A stretch of DNA of 64,000 bases from an uncultured Candidatus Brevefilum sp. (GCA_964411385.1 CAYPKT010000003.1:137302-201301), one strand, 5' to 3'. Shown: positions 20,800 through 30,705, numbered from the stretch's first letter. Program-made: numbers and translations. The notes: generated from the sequence alone by a model not told the origin.

Positions 20800-20819
20800 C
20801 TCCGGAACCGGTTCCGGAG
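20800..20819. promoter_or_regulatory. Perfect 20-bp palindrome, LacI/GalR-type operator candidate
   Basis: CTCCGGAACCGGTTCCGGAG. The core GGAACCGGTTCC fits the LacI-family consensus TGNAANCGNTTNCA. It starts 12 nt after the -10 box. Confidence 0.6.
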
Positions 20820-20855
20820 GCAGATTAAACTATTTTTGAGATGAGATGGTGAGAT

Positions 20856-22127
20856 ATGAAAATTATTAAAGACGGTGGGCATAGGTTAATTGAGTTTGAC
20901 AAAGAAACCACACAATTGGTTTCCAAAATGCTTGATGAACTTCAAACCGATGGCCTTGACGCGGTTAGAAAGTATAGCCAGAAATTTGATGATTGGAACC
21001 CTGAATCATTTGAACTTTCACAAGACGAAATAGAAGAAGCGATTTCAAAGGTAGATCAACAAATTATAGAAGATACTGATTATTGTCAGGATAACGTCAG
21101 GAGATTTGCTGAAGCTCAAAAAGCTACTTTATCTGACCTTGAAATTGAACTAAACCCTGGAACGATATTAGGCCATAAACACATTCCAATTAAATCAGTC
21201 GGGAGTTACATTCCTGGCGGCAGGTACCCAATGTTTGGATCAGCACAAATGAGCATTATCCCAGCGAAGGTAGCTGGCGTTGAAACAGTTTGTGCATTTA
21301 CCCCACCTGTAAAAGGTGAAGGATATTACCCTGCTACCATTAACGCTATTAAAAAAGCTGGCGCCGACAGAATATTTATTTTGGGTGGTGTACAGGCTTT
21401 AGCATTAATGGCTTTTGGTATGGGTCAATTAGACCCAGTAGACATGATTTGTGGGGCAGGTAATAAATATGTTGTCGAAGCTAAACGACAACTATTTGGC
21501 AGATGTGGAATTGACTTGTTGGCTGGACCGACTGAGATAATGATTATTGCTGATGATACAGCTGATGCAGAATTGGTCGCATGCGATTTGCTCGGGCAAG
21601 CAGAACACGACCCCAATAGCGGCATAGCCCTGATTACACTTAGCGAAGAATTTGCAATAAAAGCTCAAAAAGAACTTGAAAAACAATTGAAGGTTTTGCC
21701 CACCAGGGATGTTGCTCAAATATCATGGGAAAATAATGGGCGCATTTATGTTGCTGAATCTATAGAAGAGGCGATTACTTTAAGTGATGATTATGCTCCT
21801 GAACATCTTGAAGTTCATGTTGCGGATCCTTCTTATTATTTAGAACGGCTGACTAATTATGGGTCGTTATTCTTAGGCGAAGAAACAACTGTGGCTTATG
21901 GTGATAAAAGCATTGGTACCAACCATATCCTTCCAACTGGGCGATCTGCCAGGTATACGGGTGGAGTTTGGGTTGGAAAATTCTTAAAGACTGTTACTTA
22001 TCAAAAAATGACAAAAAGAGCAAGCCGATTAATTGGTGAAGTGACGGAACGCCAATGCTTAATTGAGCGCATGGAAGCCCATGCATTAACCGCTGCAATC
22101 CGTGTGGAACGATATAAAGACGAATAG
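20856..22127 (+). CDS. Histidinol-dehydrogenase-family (HisD-like) NAD-dependent dehydrogenase, probably not histidine biosynthesis
   Basis: Family motifs GQAEHDPNS and YAPEHLEV are present. The gene sits in a sugar operon with no other his genes. Confidence 0.8.
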   Translation: MKIIKDGGHRLIEFDKETTQLVSKMLDELQTDGLDAVRKYSQKFDDWNPESFELSQDEIEEAISKVDQQIIEDTDYCQDNVRRFAEAQKATLSDLEIELNPGTILGHKHIPIKSVGSYIPGGRYPMFGSAQMSIIPAKVAGVETVCAFTPPVKGEGYYPATINAIKKAGADRIFILGGVQALALMAFGMGQLDPVDMICGAGNKYVVEAKRQLFGRCGIDLLAGPTEIMIIADDTADAELVACDLLGQAEHDPNSGIALITLSEEFAIKAQKELEKQLKVLPTRDVAQISWENNGRIYVAESIEEAITLSDDYAPEHLEVHVADPSYYLERLTNYGSLFLGEETTVAYGDKSIGTNHILPTGRSARYTGGVWVGKFLKTVTYQKMTKRASRLIGEVTERQCLIERMEAHALTAAIRVERYKDE

Positions 22128-22141
22128 TAAGAAATTAAAAA

Positions 22142-22894
22142 ATGTTTAGATTAGACAAAAAAACCGCATTAATTACAGGCGCGGCAACAGGTATAGGCGC
22201 CACAATTGCTGTTCAATTGGCAAAACAAGGTGCAGATGTCGTATTGCTGGATAAACCAAAAATTGACCTTTCTGAAACGACTGAAAAAGTTGGGAAATAC
22301 GTAAAACCATTAGGCATGATAGAAATTGATATTCGTGAGGTTTCGCAGATAGAACGCGGAATTGAGTTAATAAAGAAAAATTTTGGCCCGATCGACATTT
22401 TGGTTAATAATGCTGGTATAAATCGGCCAACCCCTGGCTTAGAAGTGACAGAGGCGTTGTGGGATGACCACTTCAACACCAACATAAAAGGCGGTTTCTT
22501 CCTTGCTCAAAAATTAGCACCACAGATGATGGATCATGGATGGGGAAGAATTATTTGGATTTCGAGTCAATCTGGCTTAATTGCAATCCCTGGTCAGCCT
22601 GTTTATTGCTCATCAAAAGGGGCAGTTATTCAATTGGTTAGAACATTAGCTGTTGAGTGGGCTAAGTTTGGAATCACTGTAAATTCTGTTGCACCGACCT
22701 TTGTTGAGACAAACATGACACGAAAACGATTACAGGACCCAGGTTTTCTCAAATTCGTTTTGGGAAAAATACCGACAAACCGAATTGCTACAGTTGAAGA
22801 AGTCGCTTCAGCAGTGGTTTTCTTAGCCAGTGATGAATCTGGCATGATTAATGGACATACACTATCTGTCGATGGGGGCTGGACGGTTTGGTAG
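22142..22894 (+). CDS. Short-chain dehydrogenase/reductase (SDR)
   Basis: TGAATGIG cofactor motif, NNAG, and catalytic YCSSK. Confidence 0.88.
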   Translation: MFRLDKKTALITGAATGIGATIAVQLAKQGADVVLLDKPKIDLSETTEKVGKYVKPLGMIEIDIREVSQIERGIELIKKNFGPIDILVNNAGINRPTPGLEVTEALWDDHFNTNIKGGFFLAQKLAPQMMDHGWGRIIWISSQSGLIAIPGQPVYCSSKGAVIQLVRTLAVEWAKFGITVNSVAPTFVETNMTRKRLQDPGFLKFVLGKIPTNRIATVEEVASAVVFLASDESGMINGHTLSVDGGWTVW

Positions 22895-23044
22895 AAATGT
22901 GTTGCTTCACTGTTTTTTTCAACAACTTAATTTATTCGATTTAAATTGGATTGTTGAAATCAATTTTTGCCAAATAATCATGATTTTGTGCCAACAAAAA
23001 TTACGGATAATAAATACTTTTAGATTAGGAATTAACGAAACGTT

Positions 23045-23941
23045 ATGAAAATGGGTAAATCTGCCAAACGAGAAGCAAAATGGTTTTACATTTTTATCAG
23101 CCCCTGGATCATTGGATTTCTGCTGTTTACCCTATATCCCATGATTGCTTCTTTATATTATTCACTACACACTTACAATATTGTCGATATTCAATATGTT
23201 GGATTAGCAAATTTTCGAGAACTTTTCAACGACCACATTTTTATGAAGTCTTTGGTTGTCACTGGTACTTATGTATTAGTCTCAGTTCCGTTAAGTATTG
23301 TTGCTGCACTTATGGTTGCGATATTGTTAAACCAAAAAATTCCTTTCCTTTCTTTTTGGAGGACCCTATACTATCTTCCATCGATTATTTCAGGTGTCGC
23401 ATCAGCTCTATTATGGCGCTGGATATTTAATGGGAAATTTGGAATTTTGAACACCTTCCTTTTGAGATTTGGCATTATTGGACCGGATTGGTTTAACAGT
23501 GAGAAGTGGGCGATGCCTGCTTATTGGATTATTTCGCTGTGGGGGATAGGTGGGTCTATGGTGATTTACCTGTCTGCGTTGCAAGGTGTACCTACCTCTT
23601 TGTACGAAGCTGCTGAAGTGGATGGCGCAAGCTCCATTAAAAAATTCTTTAATATCACTATCCCAATGATATCACCTGTTATTTTATATACTTTGATTAC
23701 AAATATGATCTCGAGTATTCAGGTGTTTACGATGATCTATGTTATCTCTGGAGGATTGGGAGGGCCCAATTACTCAACAATGGTGTATGTCCTCTATCTG
23801 TTCAAGAATGCTTTCCAATGGACGCGGTTTGGATATTCATCTGCCATTGCTTGGGTGCTATTTATTATTATTGCAGTATTGACTCTATTAATGATTAAAG
23901 TCATGAGCAAAAAAGTTTATTATGAGGATTCGGATAATTAG
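23045..23941 (+). CDS. Carbohydrate ABC transporter permease (MalF/UgpA-like)
   Basis: Six TM helices and the EAA-loop LYEAAEVDGAS. Confidence 0.88.
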   Translation: MKMGKSAKREAKWFYIFISPWIIGFLLFTLYPMIASLYYSLHTYNIVDIQYVGLANFRELFNDHIFMKSLVVTGTYVLVSVPLSIVAALMVAILLNQKIPFLSFWRTLYYLPSIISGVASALLWRWIFNGKFGILNTFLLRFGIIGPDWFNSEKWAMPAYWIISLWGIGGSMVIYLSALQGVPTSLYEAAEVDGASSIKKFFNITIPMISPVILYTLITNMISSIQVFTMIYVISGGLGGPNYSTMVYVLYLFKNAFQWTRFGYSSAIAWVLFIIIAVLTLLMIKVMSKKVYYEDSDN

Positions 23942-23980
23942 GTAATTTAAGTAGAAAGAATTAAATTTGAGGCTACAAGA

Positions 23981-25060
23981 ATGAGACTCATAAAGAGTAG
24001 AAGATTAAAAGAAAAAATTACACGATCTGTTAGCTTGCTGGTTGTCGCAATCGGTGCCTTTGTGATCATGATCCCTGTCGTATGGATGATGGTCACCTCG
24101 GTAAAACAAAAAGATAACACACAGACGATGCCGCCAGAATGGTTGCCAAAAGAATCTGCGAAAATATCTGTTGACGGTAAAAATTATTTTCTTTACGATG
24201 TTGAAATCGATGGTGAAGTGATGCGTTTAGCCGCAATTAAACTTCACCCTGAAGAAAGCGAATTTAGAGACCCAGACGATTTCTCGAAAGTGTTTTTTGC
24301 ACCAGCTAAAAATGCGGTTAAAGTTCGAAATGTCAAATTCCACTGGGAAAATTACCGGATAATATGGAAGGAAAATATTACACCTTTTTCTAAATTTATG
24401 AGGAATACGGTTGTTTATGCTACTGTCGCTGTCTTTGGCGAAGTAATTAGCTGTGCCTTCATTGGATATGGTTTTGCCAGATTGCGTGCTCCAGGGAAGA
24501 ACATTTTATTTTTCCTTGTATTATCGACAATGATGCTCCCATGGGCAGTGACCATGATTCCAAATTATGTACTATTTACAAAACATATTCCTAATTTTAT
24601 TAATAAAATATTTCATATAAAAATTAGTTTATCTGACTCATGGATTCCTCTCATGCTGCCAAAATTTTTTGGCAGCCCATATTTAATCTTCTTGGTTAGA
24701 CAATTTATTATGACAATACCTCGTGATTACGATGAAGCTGCATTTCTGGATGGAGCAGGTTATTTCAAAATTTGGGCACATATTGTCATGCCAATGTCAA
24801 AGCCAGTGTTGATTAGTATAGCTATTCTCTCATTTATGTTCCATTGGAATGATTATATGGGCCCAATGATCTATTTAGATACGAATAGTAAACAACCAAT
24901 GTCAGTTGGGTTAGCAAATTTTCAATTGATGTACGGTGGCACACCTTATAATTTGTTGATGGCTGGAAGCGTGTTGTCAATTATTCCCCTGGTGATCATT
25001 TTCTTCTTCTTGAACCGATATTTCACGCAAGGCATCGTCGTAAGCGGCGTTAAAGGCTAA
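23981..25060 (+). CDS. Carbohydrate ABC transporter permease (MalG/UgpE-like) with an enlarged first external loop
   Basis: EAA-loop YDEAAFLDGAG. There is an insertion of about 90 aa after TM1. Confidence 0.85.
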   Translation: MRLIKSRRLKEKITRSVSLLVVAIGAFVIMIPVVWMMVTSVKQKDNTQTMPPEWLPKESAKISVDGKNYFLYDVEIDGEVMRLAAIKLHPEESEFRDPDDFSKVFFAPAKNAVKVRNVKFHWENYRIIWKENITPFSKFMRNTVVYATVAVFGEVISCAFIGYGFARLRAPGKNILFFLVLSTMMLPWAVTMIPNYVLFTKHIPNFINKIFHIKISLSDSWIPLMLPKFFGSPYLIFLVRQFIMTIPRDYDEAAFLDGAGYFKIWAHIVMPMSKPVLISIAILSFMFHWNDYMGPMIYLDTNSKQPMSVGLANFQLMYGGTPYNLLMAGSVLSIIPLVIIFFFLNRYFTQGIVVSGVKG

Positions 25061-25111
25061 TTAATAAATTAATGTAAAAATTTTGTAAATTGATTCAAAG
25101 AGAGCAATGAT

Positions 25112-26302
25112 ATGAAAAATGATTTATTTGAACACCGAAAAACCAAAATTACGAACCGTTATCAAGAATTAATCAACCAAAAGAATCTAATTGATGACTC
25201 TTTCGATCATGGTATTTTTGAAAGATATCAACACCCCGTTTTAACGCCTAACCACGTCCCCTTAAACTGGCGTTTCGATTTTAATCCAGAAGACAACCCC
25301 TTTTTCTTAGAGAGATTGCGAGTAAATTCGGTTTTCAATAGTGCAGCTACCTTAATTGATGACCGCGTTATCTTAGTTGCACGCATCGAAGGTGTTGATA
25401 GAAAATCCTTTTTTGCGGTTGCTGAATCACAAACGGGTATTGACCAATTTAAATTCTGGGAAAAGCCAATTGTCATTCCTGAAACAGAGGACCCTGATAT
25501 AAACATTTATGATATGCGACTCACGCAACATGAAGATGGTTGGATATATGGTATCTTTGCTTCTGAGAGAAAAGATCCTGTAAAAAGACCTGGGGTTTTA
25601 TTTCAACCTTTTGCGATTGCTGGTATTGTTCGCACAAAAGATTTGGTTCATTGGGAAAGACTTCCTGACTTAAAAACAAAATCTGCCCAACAAAGAAATG
25701 TGGTTCTCCATCCTGAGTATGTTGATGGGAAGTATGCATTTTACACGCGGCCACAAGATGCGTTTATGGACGCTGGTTTAGCTGAAGGAATTGGTTGGGG
25801 GTATTGTGACGACATTAATGCCGCTGTTATTCATGATGAAGAAATAATCATCGATGAACGAGAATTTAATACGATCAAATCAGCCAAAAATGGTGCAGGG
25901 GCACCACCTTTAAAAACAGAAATCGGTTGGCTGCACGTGGGACACGCTGTGAGAAATACAGCGGTAGGTTTACGTTACGTGCTTTACTTGTTTGTGTGTG
26001 ACCTTGATGAACCATGGCGAAAAATTTACCAGCCCGGCGGGTATCTGATGGCTCCACGCGGTTGGGAAAGAGTGGGCGACGTTTCTAATGTATTATTTAC
26101 AAATGGTATAGTGCTAAGAGAAGATGGGACGATTTTATTGTATTATGCATCGTCTGATACCCGCTTGCATGTTGCATCAACAAGTTTAGAGAGATTACTG
26201 GATTATGCTGTCAATACGCCAGAAGACCCATTACGCTCTTCGCTTTGTGTTGAACAGAGGATTTCATTAATTGAAAAGAACAAATCTTATTTTAATGGTT
26301 AA
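25112..26302 (+). CDS. GH130-family beta-mannoside phosphorylase-like protein
   Basis: 396 aa. The N-terminal region and the FNSAATLIDDRVILVARIEG...YYASSDTRLHVA pattern are typical of mannosylglucose/mannooligosaccharide phosphorylases. Confidence 0.78.
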   Translation: MKNDLFEHRKTKITNRYQELINQKNLIDDSFDHGIFERYQHPVLTPNHVPLNWRFDFNPEDNPFFLERLRVNSVFNSAATLIDDRVILVARIEGVDRKSFFAVAESQTGIDQFKFWEKPIVIPETEDPDINIYDMRLTQHEDGWIYGIFASERKDPVKRPGVLFQPFAIAGIVRTKDLVHWERLPDLKTKSAQQRNVVLHPEYVDGKYAFYTRPQDAFMDAGLAEGIGWGYCDDINAAVIHDEEIIIDEREFNTIKSAKNGAGAPPLKTEIGWLHVGHAVRNTAVGLRYVLYLFVCDLDEPWRKIYQPGGYLMAPRGWERVGDVSNVLFTNGIVLREDGTILLYYASSDTRLHVASTSLERLLDYAVNTPEDPLRSSLCVEQRISLIEKNKSYFNG

Positions 26303-26357
26303 TTAATAACAATCTTACCCGCCCTAATAGACAAATATAAACGAGTAAAAAACACCC

Positions 26358-26386
26358 TTGAAAAATAAAACAAACCATTATATAAT
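26358..26386 (+). promoter_or_regulatory. Near-consensus sigma-70-type promoter
   Basis: TTGAAA at 26358-26363 and TATAAT at 26381-26386, with a 17-bp spacer. Confidence 0.55.
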
Positions 26387-26394
26387 TGAAAGCG

Positions 26395-26411
26395 GTACCG
26401 GAACCGGTTAC
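26395..26411. promoter_or_regulatory. Second copy (half-palindromic) of the CCGGAACCGGTT operator core
   Basis: GTACCGGAACCGGTTAC. It shares a 12-nt core with the site at 20800 and starts 9 nt after the -10 box. Confidence 0.5.
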
Positions 26412-26552
26412 ATTAAGAAAACGTTCATATAAAAAAGAGCATAAATGACTTTACATATTATTAAAGGAGGCACTATCGATAATTGTTTTTCCAATAGAAA
26501 TGTTGTTTTGTTAATGTTCGAATTTATTACTCATAAAAAGGAGAGCTAAACG

Positions 26553-29072
26553 ATGAATTACAAAAAAAGAACGCTCATTTGTGTAAGTTTACTTTTAGCG
26601 TTCGCAATTATTTTTACTGTCTTACCTAAAAACTTGGTTAAGGCGCAAACAGAGACGCCATACACAGGCATGAAGTGGATGATTTCACAAATGGATGGCT
26701 CTCATCAACCTTATGGCGTATTTATCCCAAATCCTTCAGACAAGGACACACCCAGACCGGTTCTCTTTATTGGACATGGCGCTGGAGGGCGAACGAGTGT
26801 GCCGGGTGCAACTGCCCAACCTCAAAAATGGATTACGGATAATAATAAAAACTGGATTGTCGTAAGGTTAGATTTCCGTGGACCTCAGGCAAACAATCAG
26901 GGTCAATTTGACCCATTTGATGTCGTTAGAGACCTGGAAGAGGTTCAAGGCTATACCCTCGACCGTGACCGCTTTTATATCCAAGGTGGCTCTTTAGGTG
27001 GAAGTGATGCATATCGACTTGCGTTCCGCTATCCAGATTTTTGGGCTGCTTTTGCTCCGCAAACGGGGTGGACTGACTACCATTCGTTTTGGCCACAATT
27101 TTATGAACATTGGGATAAGGCCGAAGTTTTACGTCGCAGTATGTTTGAAGGCTACCAAACGACCAACTTAAACATTCGAAACAATGCACATAATTTGACT
27201 TACTTTGTTGACCCATCCTTAAAGCCATTGCTTGAAACCCAATCGTCATTGTACCAGGCTGAAAACGGGATGCACGTACCTGGTTTCATTATGTCTTGTT
27301 ACGACGACCCAACAAATCCACGAATGAATCAAGAACAGGTTCGAGATGTTTATGTTGAACATGATTATGACCATGTTTTCAAGCAACTCGCTGGCGGTCA
27401 TGGATGTGCTGTATTAGATTGGGCAGAATTGATGCCCTGGTTCGATTCTCAGGTTCGTGTGACTAACCCCTTAGTTGCAACATACACAACCAATACACTT
27501 CAATATAATTCTGCCTATTGGATTCAGCTCGATAAATTCGTTGTTGAAAAAGAGTGGGCTAAATTAACTGCTTCAATTGATGAGGAAACACAGCAGACAA
27601 TTAATGTTGAAACACAAAATTTAGCGCAATTCACATTGAATCTAAACGATATTTTGATTGATGATTTTAATGCAGAGATCGAAGTGACTATTGATGGTGA
27701 ATTCGTTATCAATGCCTTTCCATCGGACGCTTTAACTTTCGAAGCACAATTCGATGAAAATTTTGCCTTAATTGGTTGGGAAGTTAAAGATGATCAGGTT
27801 CATAACTCTTTACGAGGCCTTGATATCGCCCATGACACCCCCTTGCTTTCTGTTCTCTCTTCGATATCCCGTGAAGAAATCGTTGAAGAAATTGAAAAAG
27901 AAAAAGTCCATGGTATTAGTGGTCCGTTCTCAGATGGCGTCTTTAAGCCGTTTGTTCCAGTTTATGGAACACAAGGCACTGAAGCACAAAATGCCGATAG
28001 CCTGAGAGCAGCACAAGAATTTGCAATGGAATGGAATAACTGGTTGATCTTGCATATTGGTAATTATGGTGGATATGCAGCCTCTGTTCCTGGCGCTAAT
28101 GTATGGGAAGGTATTCCTACATTCCCCTATTACAATGTGAATAAGCCAGCCAACCCACCTGGAGGACTCACAACTGAACAGGTCAATACGTTAATTATTC
28201 GACCGGTTGCAGATGTTGACCTTACCTTTGGTGATGTCTTTGAAAAAAATCTATTCTTATTTGGTGAACCTTCCTCGAATGGCGTAATTGCTTACATTGA
28301 AGCAGATTTGCCGTTTGAATTTGGCGTGGGTTCAATCACTGTAGATGGACGAACCTATGCCGATGGCGCAGGTAATAACCCGAAAGATGCTGAACGTATC
28401 GATTACAGTTTCATTTATCCCAACCCGTTAAATGGCGAAAAATATATTACTGTTAGTCGCTATGGATTATGGATGGACTGGAAAAACCCAGCTACCGCAT
28501 GGATTCAATTTACATCAACAGGCATTGAATTTCAATCCTTCGCTTTCCAATTCCCAGATTACTTTATTGGGTGGCGACTTAATGGATTGCTGATGGGCGG
28601 CATTAATGGGATGTACTTCCAAGATGTTTGGTTTGAATCTGGCTATTTTAATGGGGACTGGGAACTTGATAATATAGCCCCGATCACAACTGCTGAAATT
28701 TCTGGCACTTTAGAAAAAGATTGGTATGTTGGGGACGTTGAAGTTGAGCTTACCGCTAATGATAACCTTAGTGGTTTTGGCGTAGATCGAACCGAATATT
28801 CTCTTGATGGTGGTTTAACCTGGGCTGCTTATTCTGGAGATCCAATCCTGTTTACAGAACCAGGCGTATACTCGTTGCTTTATCGTTCGGTCGATAAAAG
28901 TGGTAAATTCGAATACGGCATGTTTGACCCATGGGAACAATTTGGAAAGACGTTCCAGGATGGCGAGCAGTGGCTCAGCTTCCCATCATGGGGAAATGTT
29001 GAAGATGCAAATGAATTAATATTTACTATTGCATTCAAAAACTACATGCCAATTATAAATTTATCGAAGTAA
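26553..29072 (+). CDS. Large secreted/anchored alpha/beta-hydrolase-like protein with C-terminal beta-rich modules
   Basis: N-terminal signal/anchor, an esterase-like segment VLFIGHGAGG...IQGGSLGGSDA (GxSxG), and a good SD (AAAGGAGAG). Confidence 0.6.
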   Translation: MNYKKRTLICVSLLLAFAIIFTVLPKNLVKAQTETPYTGMKWMISQMDGSHQPYGVFIPNPSDKDTPRPVLFIGHGAGGRTSVPGATAQPQKWITDNNKNWIVVRLDFRGPQANNQGQFDPFDVVRDLEEVQGYTLDRDRFYIQGGSLGGSDAYRLAFRYPDFWAAFAPQTGWTDYHSFWPQFYEHWDKAEVLRRSMFEGYQTTNLNIRNNAHNLTYFVDPSLKPLLETQSSLYQAENGMHVPGFIMSCYDDPTNPRMNQEQVRDVYVEHDYDHVFKQLAGGHGCAVLDWAELMPWFDSQVRVTNPLVATYTTNTLQYNSAYWIQLDKFVVEKEWAKLTASIDEETQQTINVETQNLAQFTLNLNDILIDDFNAEIEVTIDGEFVINAFPSDALTFEAQFDENFALIGWEVKDDQVHNSLRGLDIAHDTPLLSVLSSISREEIVEEIEKEKVHGISGPFSDGVFKPFVPVYGTQGTEAQNADSLRAAQEFAMEWNNWLILHIGNYGGYAASVPGANVWEGIPTFPYYNVNKPANPPGGLTTEQVNTLIIRPVADVDLTFGDVFEKNLFLFGEPSSNGVIAYIEADLPFEFGVGSITVDGRTYADGAGNNPKDAERIDYSFIYPNPLNGEKYITVSRYGLWMDWKNPATAWIQFTSTGIEFQSFAFQFPDYFIGWRLNGLLMGGINGMYFQDVWFESGYFNGDWELDNIAPITTAEISGTLEKDWYVGDVEVELTANDNLSGFGVDRTEYSLDGGLTWAAYSGDPILFTEPGVYSLLYRSVDKSGKFEYGMFDPWEQFGKTFQDGEQWLSFPSWGNVEDANELIFTIAFKNYMPIINLSK

Positions 29073-29208
29073 ATAATATTAAGGAATACCGTTGGACAAA
29101 CAGATTGCTTCTGTTTGTCCAACAAAAGAAAGGATAGGTGAGAGAAAACATCAAAGTATTTACAAAATAAAAAAAGTCAATTTTAGAAAAAACCAAAAAG
29201 GAGTTAAA

Positions 29209-30645
29209 GTGAGTAAAAAAATACTATTAGTTTTATTGGCAGTCTTTTTACTTCTCGGTGCATGTGCGCCTGTGCCAGAACCAGAAGAACCTGCAGTTGA
29301 AGAACCCGCTGTTGAAGAGCCAGCAGTAGAGGAACCAGCTGTAGAAGAACCTGTCGTAGAAGAACCAGCTGTTGAAGAAGAACCAGAAGCCCCACAAGAG
29401 CCTGTTGAAATTACCTGGCTAGTTCGGGCAGATGAAATAGAAAATGCCTGGGAATCAGAAGTCGCAATCCCTCAATTCGAAGCGGATAACCCAAACATTA
29501 CTGTTAAACTGATTTATTTGCCTGGGGCAGATTTTGACACAAAGCTGCAATCCATGATTGCAGGCGGCACTCCCCCAGACGTATTCTCGCATTGGGGAAG
29601 CAGTGGCTTCAGAGATTACTATACAAGAGACCTTCTCGCTGATTTAACGCCTTATATCGAGCGCGACGGATTCGATACCAGCGATTTTGTGCAAGACGTC
29701 CTTGACATTTATACTGTTGATGGACAGGTTCTTGGCCTTCCGATTTTGTCTGGTGGAACCTACATGTTCTATAACAAGGACTTGTTGGATTATTACGGTG
29801 TTGACTACCCACCAACTGACTGGGACGACACAAGCTGGACAGTTGATGCATATATTGAAAAATGCGGTGAGCTAACTCAAAATACCGATGATATCGATAT
29901 GGGTACCTTTGGATGCCATTTAGGCTTTTGGCCATCTGATGGTTTGGCATGGCTGTATGGCGGTGGATATTACCCCGAAGAAGCATTCGAAACTGGTTTT
30001 GCAGATGAAGCTTTGATGACCTCTGATGCTGTTGTAAACGGATGGCAATTGCGACAAGATATGGTTTGGAAATACCATTACATGCCGCAGCCTTCTGAAG
30101 CAGAAGCCTTTGGTGGTACCGGTGGTTTTACGAACTCGAAGATTGGTTTGTACATCACAGGCGCTTGGGGTTGGTGGCAATTTGGCGATCTTGACCAACA
30201 ATTTAATTGGGGTGTCGCTGCTTTACCTTACGGCGCTGCAAATCGGAAAAACCTTGTGTTTACCGATCCATGGATGATTTCTAAGGGCAGCAACCATCCT
30301 GAAGAAGCTTGGAAATTCGTTAAATTCCTTGCATCACCTGAAATTCAACGCGAATGGATGGAATTAACTGGAGCTCCACCTGTACGAACGAGCTTAATTA
30401 ATGATTGGGCTGAATCCTTTACCACTATGTCCTCAGATGAAGTTATGGAAGTCTATTTGGGCAGCTTAAAACATGGAATTGAAAGCCCTAACCACTTGAT
30501 GGTACGCTTTGACCAATTGGATTCAACAATTGGAGCAAAAACAAGTCAGATTACAAATAATGAAAAGTCTGCACTTGAAGTACTCGAAGAAATACAACCA
30601 GAATTAGAAGCTGTTCTACAGCAAATTGCCGAAGAATATAAGTAA
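29209..30645 (+). CDS. ABC transporter extracellular solute-binding lipoprotein (carbohydrate type)
   Basis: I place the start at the GTG at 29209, downstream of the SD AAAGGAG. Lipobox LLLGAC, then a (EEPAV)n linker and an SBP family-1 body. The track's longer ORF from 29092 adds a non-signal-like leader. Confidence 0.85.
   Translation: MSKKILLVLLAVFLLLGACAPVPEPEEPAVEEPAVEEPAVEEPAVEEPVVEEPAVEEEPEAPQEPVEITWLVRADEIENAWESEVAIPQFEADNPNITVKLIYLPGADFDTKLQSMIAGGTPPDVFSHWGSSGFRDYYTRDLLADLTPYIERDGFDTSDFVQDVLDIYTVDGQVLGLPILSGGTYMFYNKDLLDYYGVDYPPTDWDDTSWTVDAYIEKCGELTQNTDDIDMGTFGCHLGFWPSDGLAWLYGGGYYPEEAFETGFADEALMTSDAVVNGWQLRQDMVWKYHYMPQPSEAEAFGGTGGFTNSKIGLYITGAWGWWQFGDLDQQFNWGVAALPYGAANRKNLVFTDPWMISKGSNHPEEAWKFVKFLASPEIQREWMELTGAPPVRTSLINDWAESFTTMSSDEVMEVYLGSLKHGIESPNHLMVRFDQLDSTIGAKTSQITNNEKSALEVLEEIQPELEAVLQQIAEEYK
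29284..29373 (+). repeat. Six in-frame tandem 15-bp units encoding EEPAV
   Basis: GAAGAACCNGCNGTN repeated six times with wobble-position variation. It encodes the linker between the lipid anchor and the SBP domain. Confidence 0.9.
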
Positions 30646-30666
30646 GTAAACCTTCTTCATGTTTAC

Positions 30667-30705
30667 GCGATCATCCAGTTGGCTTCATTGCTGCTGGATG
30701 ATCGC
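30667..30705 (+). terminator. Intrinsic terminator after the SBP gene
   Basis: 12-bp perfect stem GCGATCATCCAG / CTGGATGATCGC, followed by AATTT. Confidence 0.7.

Noticed and set aside
20856-22127. Annotating the HisD-family gene as the histidine-biosynthesis hisD
   Set aside because: It is the first gene of a LacI-operator-controlled sugar operon, with no other his genes nearby. I therefore called it at family level only. The call cannot be settled without the rest of the genome.
29092-29208. Longer start for the solute-binding protein (MDKQIASVCPTKERIG...)
   Set aside because: The extension is hydrophilic and would bury the lipoprotein signal peptide. The GTG at 29209 follows AAAGGAG and begins a canonical K-rich/hydrophobic/LLGAC lipoprotein signal.
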